Below, piece by piece: positions 30,142-41,366 of a stretch of DNA of 64,000 nt; within the stretch, counting starts at the first letter, position 1, and each line of letters opens with the position of its first letter. The translations under genes were made by a program, and so were the position numbers. Source of the DNA: an uncultured Planctomycetota bacterium (GTDB lineage: Bacteria > Planctomycetota > Planctomycetia > Isosphaerales > Isosphaeraceae); assembly GCA_963737655.1 (NCBI GenBank), contig CAVTTN010000002.1, positions 7,136,001-7,200,000 on the forward strand. Reading direction: 5' to 3'. The notes under the pieces were generated by a model. It was not told the origin of the DNA. It searched no databases and saw nothing but the letters and a program-made list of their open reading frames with translations.

Positions 30142-32970
30142 ATGTCCACCAACACCAAGCCCTTCAAAGAGACGCTGAACCTCCCCGCGACCCGGTTCGA
30201 CATGAAGGCGAACCTCACGGCCCGCGAGCCCGAGCGCCAGGCCAAATGGCGGGCGATGGACCTCTATGGCCAGGTCCGGGAGATCCGGAAGAACGCCCCC
30301 CGGAAGGTCCTCCACGACGGCCCTCCCTACGCCAACGGCGACATCCACATGGGGCACCTCATGAACAAGGTGCTCAAGGACGTCGTCGTCCGCTACTTCA
30401 CCATGACCGGGTGGAATAGCCCGTACGTCCCCGGGTGGGACTGCCACGGCCTGCCGATCGAGCACAAGGTCGTCAAGGACCTGGGCCCGAAGGCCGCAGC
30501 GATGGACCCGAGCGAAATCCGCGAGCGGTGCCGCGTCGAGGCCTTGAAGTGGGTCGATGTCCAGCGCAACCAGTTCCTCCGCCTGGGCGTCTCCGGCGAC
30601 TGGTCCCATCCGTACCTGACGCTCGATCCCCGGTACGAGGCGGGCATCATGGACGTCCTGGCCGACCTCGTCGAGGCCGGATACGTCTTCCGCCAGCTCA
30701 AGCCGATCCACTGGGACATCCACGACCGCACCGCCCTGGCCGAGGCCGAACTCGAATATGAAGAGGTGACCTCGCCCACCGTCTTCGTCAATTTCCCGAT
30801 GGCCGAAGGCGTCCCGGCCTCACTGGGCGAGGGGCCGTGGCACGCGATGATCTGGACCACCACGCCGTGGACCCTCCCGGCGAACGTGGCCATCGCCGCG
30901 CATCCCGACCTCGAATACGTGGGCGTGGCCTACTCGGACCCGAAGACCGGCCGGGAAGTCCGGACGATCCTCGCCGCCGATCTCGCCGCGAACGTCCTGG
31001 CCAGGGGCGGAGTCGAGGCGTTCCGGGAAGTCGGCCGATTCCGGGGCCGGGACCTCGAACCGGCCACGTATCGCCACGTCTTCCTGCCCAGGGAAGGCCG
31101 GTTCGTCCTGGCCGATTATGTGAGCGCCGACGACGGCACGGGCCTGGTCCACACCGCCCCGGGCCACGGGGCCGAGGACTACCGGACCGGCCAGTCCTAC
31201 GGCCTCCCCACGCTCAGCCCCGTCGATGCGTCGGGCCGGTTCACGGCCGAGGCGCCGGAGAGGCTCGTCGGCAAGACGGTCTTCGCCGCCAATCCCGAGG
31301 TCGTGGCGATGCTCCGCGAGGCCGGCGCCCTGTTCCATCAGGAGGACATCCGCCACAGCTACCCCCACGGCTGGAGGAGCAAGAAGCCGGTGATCTTCCG
31401 GGCCACCTACCAGTGGTTCATCGGCGTGGACCGCAACGGCCTCCGCCAGGCCACGCTGGAGGCCATCGACCGGGTGGAGTGGCACCCGGGTTGGGGCCGG
31501 TCCCGGATCGACGCGATGGTCGGCAACCGGCCCGACTGGTGCATCAGCCGCCAGAGGGCCTGGGGCGTGCCGATCCCGGCCCTCTACAACGAGGAAACGG
31601 GCGAATATCACCTCACGGCGCAATCCGTGAGGTTCTATCGCGACCTGTTCCGCCGGGAAGGGGCCGACGCCTGGTTCAAGAGGCCCGTCGCCGATCTCGT
31701 GCCGCCCGACCTGGACCACGCGCGATTCCCCCTGGAGACGTTGCGGAAAGGCTCCGACATCCTCGACGTCTGGTTCGAGTCCGGCTCCAGCCATCGGGCC
31801 GTCCTGGACGAGCCGACCTACGGCCTGGGCGGCTCGCCCGCGGCGATGTACCTCGAAGGCTCGGACCAGCATCGCGGCTGGTTCCAGTCGTCGATCCTGA
31901 CCTCCGTCGGTTCCCGGGGCCGGGCCCCGTTCGAGGCCGTCCTGACCCACGGCTTCGTGGTGGACGACCAGGGCCGGAAGATGTCCAAATCGCTCGGCAA
32001 CGTGATCCCGGCCGTCGAGACGACCGAGAAGCACGGCGCCGACGTCCTCCGACTCTACGTCGCCAGCCTCGACTATTCCGACGACGTGAGGATGAGCGAC
32101 CGAGGGATCAAGGAGGCGTCGGAAGCCTATCGCAAGATCCGCAACACGTTCCGATACTTGCTCGGGAACCTGGAGGATTACGCGACGTTCGATGAGTCGA
32201 CCGTCCCCGCCTCCACCTTGCAGCCGGTGGACCTCTGGGCCCTCTCGCAGCTCGACCGGGTGATCGAGGAGGTCCGCGGCTCCTACGAGAAGTTCGAGTT
32301 CTACCGCGTCTATCAGCGGATCTACCAGTTCTGCGCCGTCGATCTGTCGAGCTTCTACCTCGACGTCCTGAAGGATCGGCTCTACGCCGACTCGCCGAAT
32401 TCCGAGGGGCGTCGGGCGGCTCAGTTCGTGATGGCCAGGATTCATTCGGCCCTCGCCAGGCTCCTCGCGCCGATCCTCCCGCACACGGCCGATGAGGTCT
32501 GGGACTTCCTGCCCGACTCGCCGGGGAAGGCGGCGAGCGTCCACCTGGCCGAGTTCCCCAAATCCTCCGGGGAACGTGCGAGCCTCGTCAGCGATTGGCC
32601 GCAGTTGTTGATGCTTCGAGGCGACATCCTGCAACGGCTGGAGAAGCTCCGGAGCACCAAGGAGATCGGCAGCAGCCAGGAGGCGTCGGTGACACTGGGT
32701 AGCGACGATCCCGCGACCCTCGCCTTCTTGATGTCCTCTCAATCGCTCCTGGCGACGATCTGCATCGTTTCGGAGGTCACGGTCGGCGGCCCGAGGCCCG
32801 AAGGGGCGACCCCGGCCAGCGATCCGGCGATCTGGATTCAGGCCGCGAAGTCGCCGCACCCGAAATGCGAGCGGTGCTGGAACCTTCGCGCCAGCGTCGG
32901 CGAGGCCCCGGACTACCCGACCCTCTGTCAGCGATGCGCCGGGGTGATTCGGGAACGCGAGAAGGGCTGA
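30142..32970 (+). CDS. ileS: Isoleucine--tRNA ligase
   Basis: HDGPPYANGDIHMGH, GWDCHGLPIE, WTTTPWTLP, GTGLVHTAPGHG, WCISRQR, KMSKS, C-terminal CERC..CQRC zinc finger. Confidence 0.98.
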   Translation: MSTNTKPFKETLNLPATRFDMKANLTAREPERQAKWRAMDLYGQVREIRKNAPRKVLHDGPPYANGDIHMGHLMNKVLKDVVVRYFTMTGWNSPYVPGWDCHGLPIEHKVVKDLGPKAAAMDPSEIRERCRVEALKWVDVQRNQFLRLGVSGDWSHPYLTLDPRYEAGIMDVLADLVEAGYVFRQLKPIHWDIHDRTALAEAELEYEEVTSPTVFVNFPMAEGVPASLGEGPWHAMIWTTTPWTLPANVAIAAHPDLEYVGVAYSDPKTGREVRTILAADLAANVLARGGVEAFREVGRFRGRDLEPATYRHVFLPREGRFVLADYVSADDGTGLVHTAPGHGAEDYRTGQSYGLPTLSPVDASGRFTAEAPERLVGKTVFAANPEVVAMLREAGALFHQEDIRHSYPHGWRSKKPVIFRATYQWFIGVDRNGLRQATLEAIDRVEWHPGWGRSRIDAMVGNRPDWCISRQRAWGVPIPALYNEETGEYHLTAQSVRFYRDLFRREGADAWFKRPVADLVPPDLDHARFPLETLRKGSDILDVWFESGSSHRAVLDEPTYGLGGSPAAMYLEGSDQHRGWFQSSILTSVGSRGRAPFEAVLTHGFVVDDQGRKMSKSLGNVIPAVETTEKHGADVLRLYVASLDYSDDVRMSDRGIKEASEAYRKIRNTFRYLLGNLEDYATFDESTVPASTLQPVDLWALSQLDRVIEEVRGSYEKFEFYRVYQRIYQFCAVDLSSFYLDVLKDRLYADSPNSEGRRAAQFVMARIHSALARLLAPILPHTADEVWDFLPDSPGKAASVHLAEFPKSSGERASLVSDWPQLLMLRGDILQRLEKLRSTKEIGSSQEASVTLGSDDPATLAFLMSSQSLLATICIVSEVTVGGPRPEGATPASDPAIWIQAAKSPHPKCERCWNLRASVGEAPDYPTLCQRCAGVIREREKG

Positions 32971-33017
32971 TGGCCCCGGGTCGGCCGGGGAACTCCAAGT
33001 CCGTCCGACCGCGGCCC

Positions 33018-33045
33018 TTGCGGGACGATCGGTTCGATCTATAAT
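33018..33045 (+). promoter_or_regulatory. Possible sigma70 promoter for the DUF2203 gene
   Basis: TTGCGG-N16-TATAAT in GC-rich intergenic DNA. Confidence 0.45.
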
Positions 33046-33231
33046 GAGGCTTGTCGGTGATGGCGCGGAGAGGGCCCCGAACCCGGGACGAGCCGGGGGA
33101 CCCCGGCGCGGCCTTGGCCCGGGCTTTGCCGAGGAGTCGATCGGGAGATGTCGGGGGGAGCCGTCCGCCCCGGGACCGGTATCCCCGACTGCCCCGAGCC
33201 CACCCGCTCGTCCCCGCGAGGAGTCGTCCCC

Positions 33232-33693
33232 ATGCCCTCCGCCAACCCGGTCGCGACGAAGAAATATTTCAGCGTCGAAGAGGCGAATCGGACCCTGCCC
33301 CTGGTCCGGCAGATCGTCGGCGATGTCGTCCGTCAATTTCAGGTCGTCAGCGAGTTGAGCACCCGCCTCGCGGCGGTCTCCCGCCGAGAACCCCGCCGCA
33401 AGGGCCAGGCGGACCCGTATTCCGAGGAGCTGGCCCACAGCAAGGCCGAGCTGGAGATCGAGGAGGAGAAACTTCGATCCTATCAAGAAGAGCTCGAACG
33501 CCTGGGCGTCGAGCTCAAGGGCAGCGACGGCCTGTGCGACTTCCCTTGCCTGAAGGACGGCCGCGAAGTCTACCTCTGCTGGAAGCTCGGGGAGCCGGAG
33601 GTCGGCCACTGGCACGAACTCAACGCCGGCTTCGCGGGCCGCCAGCCGATCGCGACGCTCCAGACTCCGAGGGCCTCACCCAGGCCCCGCTGA
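33232..33693 (+). CDS. DUF2203 family protein
   Basis: KYFSVEEANRTLPLV...GLCDFP..GREVYLCWKLGEPEVGHWH..AGFAGRQPI. Confidence 0.88.
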   Translation: MPSANPVATKKYFSVEEANRTLPLVRQIVGDVVRQFQVVSELSTRLAAVSRREPRRKGQADPYSEELAHSKAELEIEEEKLRSYQEELERLGVELKGSDGLCDFPCLKDGREVYLCWKLGEPEVGHWHELNAGFAGRQPIATLQTPRASPRPR

Positions 33694-33826
33694 ATCGATC
33701 CGTCTCGCCTTCCGAGCCGGCGAGGCGCCCTGGAAGCGCCGGACCGGCTAGGAAGGCGTGAACTAAGGACCTGGTCAAGTCCTGTCCGGGGCAAGCCCCG
33801 TGCAAGGTCTCCAGAGTCGCGCGCAA

Positions 33827-33900
33827 TACGCCCGGCAGGATTCGAACCTGCGACCCGCGGTTTAGAAGACCGCTGCTCTATCCATCTGAGCTACGGGCGC
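33827..33900 (-). tRNA. tRNA-Arg (UCU)
   Basis: GCGCCCGTAGCTCAGATGGATAGAGCAGCGGTCTTCTAAACCGCGGGTCGCAGGTTCGAATCCTGCCGGGCGTA; anticodon loop CTTCTAA. Confidence 0.97.
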
Positions 33901-33977
33901 CCGGGTCGGTCGAGGACGGGGAAGGACGAGAGGCTGGGGCAGGTCAGACGTTGGGGCCTGAGAGGCGGTCGCGGCGA

Positions 33978-34051
33978 TGCGCCCGGCAGGATTCGAACCT
34001 GCGACCTACGGTTTAGGAAACCGTCGCTCTATCCATCTGAGCTACGGGCAC
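33978..34051 (-). tRNA. tRNA-Arg (CCU)
   Basis: GTGCCCGTAGCTCAGATGGATAGAGCGACGGTTTCCTAAACCGTAGGTCGCAGGTTCGAATCCTGCCGGGCGCA; anticodon loop TTCCTAA. Confidence 0.97.
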
Positions 34052-34112
34052 CGATGCCGATCGTGACACCCCGACTCGATTCCCGGTTCGGGGCCTCGAA
34101 CGGGTCGAATGG

Positions 34113-34141
34113 ATTTTGGTGCGAGCGAGGCCGGATGTCAA
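34113..34141 (-). promoter_or_regulatory. Sigma70-type promoter for the tRNA-Arg pair
   Basis: TTGACA-N17-CAAAAT. Confidence 0.55.
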
Positions 34142-34315
34142 TCGGTGTCCGATGGGGGGCGGGTCGTTTCGGGCGGGGGCCGCGGCGGCGCCTCTCCTCC
34201 GGGCGGGCCGTTCGCGATAGAATGTGTCTTCCTTGGCTGGTGCCTGGAGTGAACGGTCCTTGGGGCGGGTCCGGGCTGGCCGACTCCGCCCTCGGCCTCC
34301 GGGCCGGGATGATTC

Positions 34316-37300
34316 ATGAGCGTCCGCGACCGTGCTTCCGCCCGATATGCCGTCGCCCTCGCCAGCGTGGCGGTGGCCGTGGCGATCCGGTTCGGCCTGG
34401 AGACGACCCTGGCCGGGTCGGTCCCCTACGTCACGTTCTTCGCGGCGGTGGCGTTCTCGGCGTGGTTCGGCGGCCTGGGTCCGGGGCTGACGTCGTTGGC
34501 CCTTGGGGCCCTGGCGGCGTCGCTCCGGCTCGCTCCCGTGGGGTCCTTCCGGATCGATTCGCCCCGGGACCAGCTTGGCCTGGGCCTGTATCTGGCGATG
34601 GGCTCGATCATCGTCGGCCTCTGCCAGGCGCAACGGACCGCCGCGAGCCGGGCCCGCGACCGCGGACACTGGCTGGAGGCGACCCTGGCCGGGATTGATG
34701 ACGGGGTGATCGCCACCGACGTTCTCGGCCGGGTCGTCCTGATGAATCCCGTGGCCGAGCGACTCACCGGCTGGTCGCGGCCCGAGGCCCTGGGCCGCTC
34801 CCTGGCCGAGGTCTTTCGCGTCGTTGGCGAGGGCTCGGGAGGGCCTCTGGGCGACCCGGTGGGCCGGGTCCTCCGGGAAGGGAGGCTGGTGGCCCTGGCC
34901 GAGCGACCGGCCCTGATCGCCCGGGACGAGTCCCGATGGCCGGTCGAGGCGTCGGCCTCGCCGATCCTGGATGGCCGGGGCCAGGTGGCGGGGGTCGTCC
35001 TGGCCTTCCGCGAAATCTCCGCGAGGAGGCGGGCCGAGGCGGCGCTCAAGGAGCATGAAGAGACCCTGGCCTCCGCCTTTCGGGCCGCCCGGATGGTGGG
35101 ATGGACCTACCTGCCCGGCTCCGACCGGATCTTTCGCACGGAGAATGCCCAAGACGTCTTCGGCCTGAGCCCGACCCATTCGGCGGCCGAAGGCTGGCGG
35201 GTCGTCCACCCCGACGACCTGCCGGCGTATCAAAAGACGGTGGCCGACGCCGTGGCCAGCGGCTCGGGCTACATCGCCGAGTTCCGCTTCGTCCGGCCGG
35301 ACACCGGCGAGATCCTCTGGGTGGAGGACCACGGCCGAGGGGTCCGCGATCCGGCCGGGTCCGTGGTCCGGGTCTCGGGCGTGCTGCTCGACGTGACCGA
35401 GAGGAAGAGGGCCGAGGAGGAGCTTCGCCGCAGCGAGGAGCTGTTCCGCGGCCTGGCCGAGGCGAGGTTCTTCGGCGTGACGTTCGGCCACCTCGACGGC
35501 CGGATCTCGTATGCGAACGACTACTTCCTGAAGATGGTCGGCTACTCGCGAGAAGACCTGGCCGCGGGACTCGTGACCTGGGAGGCGCTCACGCCCCCCG
35601 AATCGCTCGAGATCGACGCGAGGACCAAGGCCGAGATGGCCCGGACAGGCGCCGTCGCCCCGTTCCGCAAGGTCTACCGCCGGAAGGATGGCTCTCGCGT
35701 GCCGTCGCTGGTCGGCGTGACGCGAATGCCCCCGGCCCCGGGGCGAGAGGAGACGATCCTCGCCTTCTTCCTCGACCTCTCGGAGATCGAGAGGGCGAAC
35801 CTCGCCCTGGAACGATATCGCCTCCTGTCGCGGCATGCGCGGGACATCGTCCTGTTCATCCGGCCCGATGGACAGCTCGTCGAGGCCAATGACGCGGCCG
35901 TGGCCGCGTACGGCCATCCTCGAGAGACCCTGCTCCGGAAGACGATCATCGACCTCCGCGCCGCGGAGACCTCCCCCTCCTTGATCGACCAGATGAGCCG
36001 GGCCGACGCCGGCGGATTGACCTTCGAGACCGTCCACCGACGGGCCGACGGCCGGCCGTTTCCGGTCGAGGTCAGCTCCCGGGGCGAGACGATCGCCGGC
36101 GAGCGGCTCCTCCTGAGCATCATCCGGGACATCAGCGAGCGGAAGGTCGTCGAGAGGCAGAGGGAGGACAGCGAGAGGCGGTATCGGACCCTGACCGACG
36201 CGGTCCTCCAGCTGATGTGGGCCAACGATCCCCAGGGCCGGACCTTCTTCTGCAACCGCCGATGGGCCGAATACACCGGCAGCGAGCCCGGGGAGAACCT
36301 GGGGACGGCCTGGTATTCGTTGATCTACCCGGACGACCTCGGGGGACTCCGGGCCGCCCGCGAGGAGGGGATCGCCTCGGGTCGGCCCTATGCGTTCGAG
36401 TATCGACTGCGCCGCCACGACGGCCAGTACCGCTGGCACATCGCCCGGATCGTGCCCATGACCGACGCGACGGGGCGGGTCGAGACCTGGTTCGGCACGG
36501 CGACCGACGTCCACGACATGAAGCTTGCCCAGGACGAGCTGCGATCGGCCCGAGACGCCGCCGAGGCCGGGGCCGGCCCGCGACCAGTTCCTCGCGGTCC
36601 TCAGCCACGAGCTCCGCAACCCGTTGATGCCCGTCCTGGCCTCGGTCTCGGCCCTCCTGGACGACTCCGAGACCCCCGGATCGGTCCGCCCGGTCCTGGA
36701 GATGACGAGGAGGAACGTCGAGCTGGAGGCCCGATTGATCGACGATCTCCTGGACGTGACGCGGATCGTCCAGGGCAAGCTCCGGCTGGAAAGTCGGCCC
36801 GTCGATGCCCACGACCCGATCCTCCGGGCCCTGGAGATTGCCCGCGAGGAGATCGACCGCAAGAACCAGTCGCTGGTCCTGGACCTCTCGGCCCGGGATT
36901 CGACGGTCCAGGCCGACCCGGCCCGCCTCCAGCAGATCGCCTGGAACCTGATCAAGAACGCCTCGAAGTTCACGCCCGAAGGCGGCGAGATCGCGATCAC
37001 GTCCCGGGACGAGCCGACCGAGAACGGCCGTCCCCGGCTGGTCGTCTCGGTCCGGGACTCGGGAATCGGGATCGACCCGGACGCGCTGCCCCGGATCTTC
37101 GATGCCTTCGAGCAGGCCGACCCGGCCATCGCCAAGAGGTTCGGCGGCCTCGGGCTCGGCCTGGCGATCAGCCGGACCCTGGCCGAGGCCCTCGGCGGGG
37201 AGCTCGTCGCCTGGAGCGAGGGATCGGGCCTCGGCGCCGAGTTCACGCTGGTCCTCCCCACGATCTCGGCCCCCTCGACCGACGCAAGCTCGCCCGCCCT

Positions 37301-37745
37301 GGTGGCCCCGTCCGAGCCGCTCGCTCCCCTGAGCATCCTCCTGGTCGAGGACAACCCGGACAGCCTCCGGGTGATGGCCCGCCTGCTCGGGGCCCGGGGC
37401 CACCGGGTCACGACCGCCTCCGGAGTGGCCGAGGCCCTGGCACGCGCCAACCCCGACGGCTTCGACCTGCTGATCAGCGACATCGGCCTGCCCGACGGCT
37501 CGGGCCTCGACATCGTCCGGCAAGTCGGCCGGAGGGCCCGCCTCGGAGCCATCGCCCTGTCCGGCTTCGGCATGGAGGACGATATCGTGCGCAGCGGAGA
37601 GGCCGGTTTTTCCGCCCACCTGACCAAGCCGATCGACTTCGGCACCCTGGAAGCCGCGATCCGGCGAGTCGTCCTCCAGAACACTTCGATCCGCCCTCCC
37701 GTGGCCGAAGGGTACTCCCTGGAGGACCGTCGCGCGCAGGTGTAG
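34316..37745 (+). CDS. Hybrid sensor histidine kinase/response regulator (DUF4118-like TM domain, about 5 PAS domains, HisKA, HATPase, REC); frameshift near 36570
   Basis: PAS motifs (VHPDD, RRKDGS, RRADG, RRHDGQYRW); second frame FLAVLSHELRNPL, NLIKNASKFT, GLGLGLAI, ILLVEDN, LISDIGLPD. Confidence 0.92.
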
Positions 37746-37812
37746 AGTCGCGGGACCTCCGGCGATCGGTGATCGGAGGACCATCCGTCTCGGCTCTCCC
37801 GGAGACTTCGCC

Positions 37813-38724
37813 ATGAAGCCCGCGATGATCGGCCTCGGCCTGTTCCTGGGCCTCGCCCTCCCGACCGCGATCCTCGCCGACGAGCCGGCGAAGCCGACCG
37901 TGATCGATCTGTGGCCCGGGCCACCTCCGGGCGATTCCGGTCCGTCCATCGGCGAGGAGAAGCTCACTCGCAAGGCCGGAAGCGAGACGATCCAGAGCAT
38001 CACCAATGTCTCGAAGCCGTCGTTGTCGGTCTATCAACCGGAGAAGAGCAGGAATTCGGGCGTGGCGATCGTGGTTTGCCCCGGAGGCGGCTATACCAAC
38101 CTCGCCTGGGACCACGAGGGAGATCAGGTGGCCCGGTGGCTGAACTCGCTGGGGGTGACGGCCGCCGTCCTGAAGTACCGGGTGCCGAGGCGCCCCGGTT
38201 CGCCCCGCGACCAGCCTCCTCCCCAGGCGTTGATGGACGCTCAACGGGCCCTGGGGATCGTCCGCTCGAAGGCCGGGGAGTGGGGCGTCGATCCGAAGAA
38301 GGTCGGCATCCTCGGGTTTTCGGCGGGGGGGCATCTCTCGGCCTGGGCGGCCACGAACTGGGATCGCCGGACCTATGAGACGATCGACGCGAGCGACTCC
38401 GCGCCCTGCCGGCCGGATTTCGCCGTCCTGGTCTATCCCGGAGGGGTCGTGAAGCGGGATACGCTCGAACTCTCGCCCGAGATCAAGATCACGAGCGAGA
38501 CCCCGCCGATGTTCCTCGCCCACGCCGATAACGACCCGGTTCCCTCGGAGAACAGCGTGGCGATCTACCTCGCCTTGAAGAAGGCGAAAGTGCCGGTCGA
38601 GATGCACATCTACAGCCTCGGCGGCCACGGGTTCGGGATGAGGCCGGGGCCGTTGCCCTCGGCGACCTGGCCGAAGCGGTGCGAGGAATGGCTCCGGGCG
38701 TCGAAGATCCTCGCGGAGAAGTGA
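37813..38724 (+). CDS. Secreted alpha/beta hydrolase (acetyl esterase-like)
   Basis: Signal peptide, CPGGGY, GFSAGG nucleophile elbow, DNDPV, GGHGFG. Confidence 0.9.
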   Translation: MKPAMIGLGLFLGLALPTAILADEPAKPTVIDLWPGPPPGDSGPSIGEEKLTRKAGSETIQSITNVSKPSLSVYQPEKSRNSGVAIVVCPGGGYTNLAWDHEGDQVARWLNSLGVTAAVLKYRVPRRPGSPRDQPPPQALMDAQRALGIVRSKAGEWGVDPKKVGILGFSAGGHLSAWAATNWDRRTYETIDASDSAPCRPDFAVLVYPGGVVKRDTLELSPEIKITSETPPMFLAHADNDPVPSENSVAIYLALKKAKVPVEMHIYSLGGHGFGMRPGPLPSATWPKRCEEWLRASKILAEK

Positions 38725-38831
38725 AGGGAGCCCGGGCCTCCACCCTCGGGCGTCGGAATTGCATGAGGATTTCCCCGGGTTCGTGGCACGATCGGCCCGG
38801 GGAGGTCCCGTTGAGACCGGGGCGCGCACGG

Positions 38832-41366
38832 ATGGCATCGAATGAGGGAGGCCGGCACCGGGACGTTCGCCCGATCCGGGCCCCGTGGTGCGAACGGCCG
38901 GCCGACGATCGGCCGAAGCGGGCCCCGGGGCGTCCGGGCTCGCCCCCTCGGTGGAATTCCGGCGCGAAGGATGGGGTGGGGACGGCCCTGGAGTCGCCGG
39001 GCTCGGCCGGCGCGGCCTGGTTCACGATCGCCCGGGGGGTGCTCACCGAGGTCTTCTATCCCGACGTCGATACCCCCGGCCTCCGCGACCTCGGCCTGAT
39101 CGTCACCGACGGCCGCGACTTCGTCTCGGATGAGAAGGACGACGCCGAGACCATCGTGCAGACTCCGGCCGATGGCGTCCTCCTCCACCGACTGACCAAC
39201 ACCTGCCGCCGGGGGCGATATCGGATCGAAAAGTCCGTCTTCGTCCACCCCGAGGGGGCGGCGATCGTCCAGGAGATCGAGTTCCAGCCTTTGGCGGGGT
39301 CGATGGGCGATTACCGCGTCTTTGTCCTGGTCGATCCGCAATTGGAGAACCACGGGGCGGGGAATACGGCGTGGCTGGGCGAGTCCCGGGGCGTGCCGAT
39401 CCTGTTCGCCAGCCGAGGGGCCTCGGCCCTGGCCCTGGCCTCGTCGGCCCCCTGGAACGCCGGTTCGGCGGGGTTCGTGGGCAAGTCCGACGGCCGGGCC
39501 GACCTGGTCCGGCACGGGAGGCTGACGAAGGAGTACGACCTCGCCGAGGACGGCAACGTGGCCCTGGTCGGGGAGGTGGACCTGGCCTCGTGCGACGGTC
39601 GGTTCCGGCTGGTCCTGGGCCTCGGCAGGGACCCCGAAGAAGCCGCCCACCGCGCCGTCTTCGCCCTCCTGGACGACCCCGGGCGAGGCCGGGCCGGATA
39701 CGTCGGCGGGTGGCGATCCTGGGTGCAGAAGCTCGCGATCCCGGAGCCGCCGGGCGGTTCGGTCCGCAACCTGGGGAAACTCAGCGCGTCGGTCCTGAAG
39801 GCCCACGAGGACCGGAACGTCCCCGGTGCGTTCGCCGCGAGCCTCTCGATCCCCTGGGGCGAGGAGAGGGGCGACGGCTCCGACCCGAAGGGCACGGGCG
39901 GCTATCACCTGGTCTGGCCTCGTGACCTCGCGGAGACGGCCGGCGGCCTGCTCGCCGTGGGGGCGAAGGCCGAGGCCGTCCGCGCCCTCCGCTACCTCCG
40001 CGCCACCCAGAGGGCCGACGGCCACTGGCCCCAGAACCTCTGGACCTCCGGGGCCGAGGCGCTCTCGGGCATCCAGATCGGCGAGACCGCCTTGCCCCTG
40101 ATCCTGCTGGACCTGGCCCGCCGCGAGGGGGCGATCGGCCCCGAGGAGGCCGCCGGGTTCTGGCCGATGGCCAAGAGGGCCGCCGGCTACATCCTCCGCT
40201 CCGGCCCCTCGACCCAGGAGGACCGCTGGGAGAACCAGCGAGGCTACACCCCGTTCACCCTCTCCGCGGCGATCGCCGCGTTCCTGATCGCCGCCGATCT
40301 CGCCGAGGAATTCGACGAGCCGGGCCTCGCCCCGAGCCTCCGCGAGGCGGCCGACCTCTGGAACGCCGCCATCGACAGTTGGCTGTTCATCACCGACAGC
40401 GATCTCGCCCGCCAGTATCAAGTCGAGGGCTACTACGCCCGGATCATCCCCCCGGAGCTGGACCTGACCAGCGCCCCGAGCGAGCGGAGGCTCCGCTGGC
40501 GGGGCAAGCACCCGGTCAAGGCGGAGGAGTTCGTCGAGGTCGTCAGCCCGGACGTCCTGGCCCTGGTCCGGTTCGGCCTCCGTCCGGCGGACGATCCCCG
40601 GATCGTGGACACGATGAAGGTCGTCGATGGGTTGCTCAAGGTCGAGACGCCGAGGGGGCCGTCCTGGAGGCGATACAACGGCGACCTCTACGGCGAAGCG
40701 CCCGACGGATCGCCGTTCACGGACCACTCCTCCGGGGTCGGTCGGGCCTGGCCCTTGCTCTCGGGCGAGCGGGGGCATTACGAGCTCCAGGCCGGCCGGC
40801 CCGAGGAGGCGGCCCGGCTCCTCCTCGCGATGGAACGCCTGGCCGGCGACTCGGGGATGATCCCGGAGCAGGTCTGGGACGCGAAGGACATCCCCGAGCG
40901 CGGCCTCTTCCTCGGCCGGCCCACCGGCTCGGCCATGCCCCTGGCCTGGGCCCACGCCGAGTACCTGAAGCTCCGCCGCTCCCTGGCCGACGGCCGGGCG
41001 TTCGACGTCCCCCCGCAGACGGTCCGCCGCTACGTGGAGGGCAAGGCGCCGTGCGACCGGGCGGCCTGGCGGTTCGACCATCCCCGAGGGGTGATCGCCT
41101 CGGGCGAATGCCTCCGCCTGGAGGTCCTGGAGCCGGCCGTGGTGGCCTGGAGCGCCGACGGCCGGGCGAACCGCGAGGAGATCGCCACGACCGACTCCGG
41201 CCTGGGCCTCCACGTCGCCGACCTGCCCACCCGCCGGCTGGCCGCCGGCACCCGCATCGTTTTCACATTCCGATGGATGGACGCGGACCGCCGGGAAAAT
41301 CGGGATTTCGAGGTCGCCGTGATCGACCCCGAGTCCCGGCCCCGGCCGAAGGGGAGACGGTCGTGA
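38832..41366 (+). CDS. Glycoside hydrolase family 15 glucoamylase/glucodextranase-like; start uncertain
   Basis: KDGVGTA..WFTIARGVLTEVFYP, ASLSIPWG, GGYHLVWPRDL, EDRWE, WRRYNGDLYGE, IPEQVWD, SAMPLAWAHAEY. Confidence 0.92.
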   Translation: MASNEGGRHRDVRPIRAPWCERPADDRPKRAPGRPGSPPRWNSGAKDGVGTALESPGSAGAAWFTIARGVLTEVFYPDVDTPGLRDLGLIVTDGRDFVSDEKDDAETIVQTPADGVLLHRLTNTCRRGRYRIEKSVFVHPEGAAIVQEIEFQPLAGSMGDYRVFVLVDPQLENHGAGNTAWLGESRGVPILFASRGASALALASSAPWNAGSAGFVGKSDGRADLVRHGRLTKEYDLAEDGNVALVGEVDLASCDGRFRLVLGLGRDPEEAAHRAVFALLDDPGRGRAGYVGGWRSWVQKLAIPEPPGGSVRNLGKLSASVLKAHEDRNVPGAFAASLSIPWGEERGDGSDPKGTGGYHLVWPRDLAETAGGLLAVGAKAEAVRALRYLRATQRADGHWPQNLWTSGAEALSGIQIGETALPLILLDLARREGAIGPEEAAGFWPMAKRAAGYILRSGPSTQEDRWENQRGYTPFTLSAAIAAFLIAADLAEEFDEPGLAPSLREAADLWNAAIDSWLFITDSDLARQYQVEGYYARIIPPELDLTSAPSERRLRWRGKHPVKAEEFVEVVSPDVLALVRFGLRPADDPRIVDTMKVVDGLLKVETPRGPSWRRYNGDLYGEAPDGSPFTDHSSGVGRAWPLLSGERGHYELQAGRPEEAARLLLAMERLAGDSGMIPEQVWDAKDIPERGLFLGRPTGSAMPLAWAHAEYLKLRRSLADGRAFDVPPQTVRRYVEGKAPCDRAAWRFDHPRGVIASGECLRLEVLEPAVVAWSADGRANREEIATTDSGLGLHVADLPTRRLAAGTRIVFTFRWMDADRRENRDFEVAVIDPESRPRPKGRRS

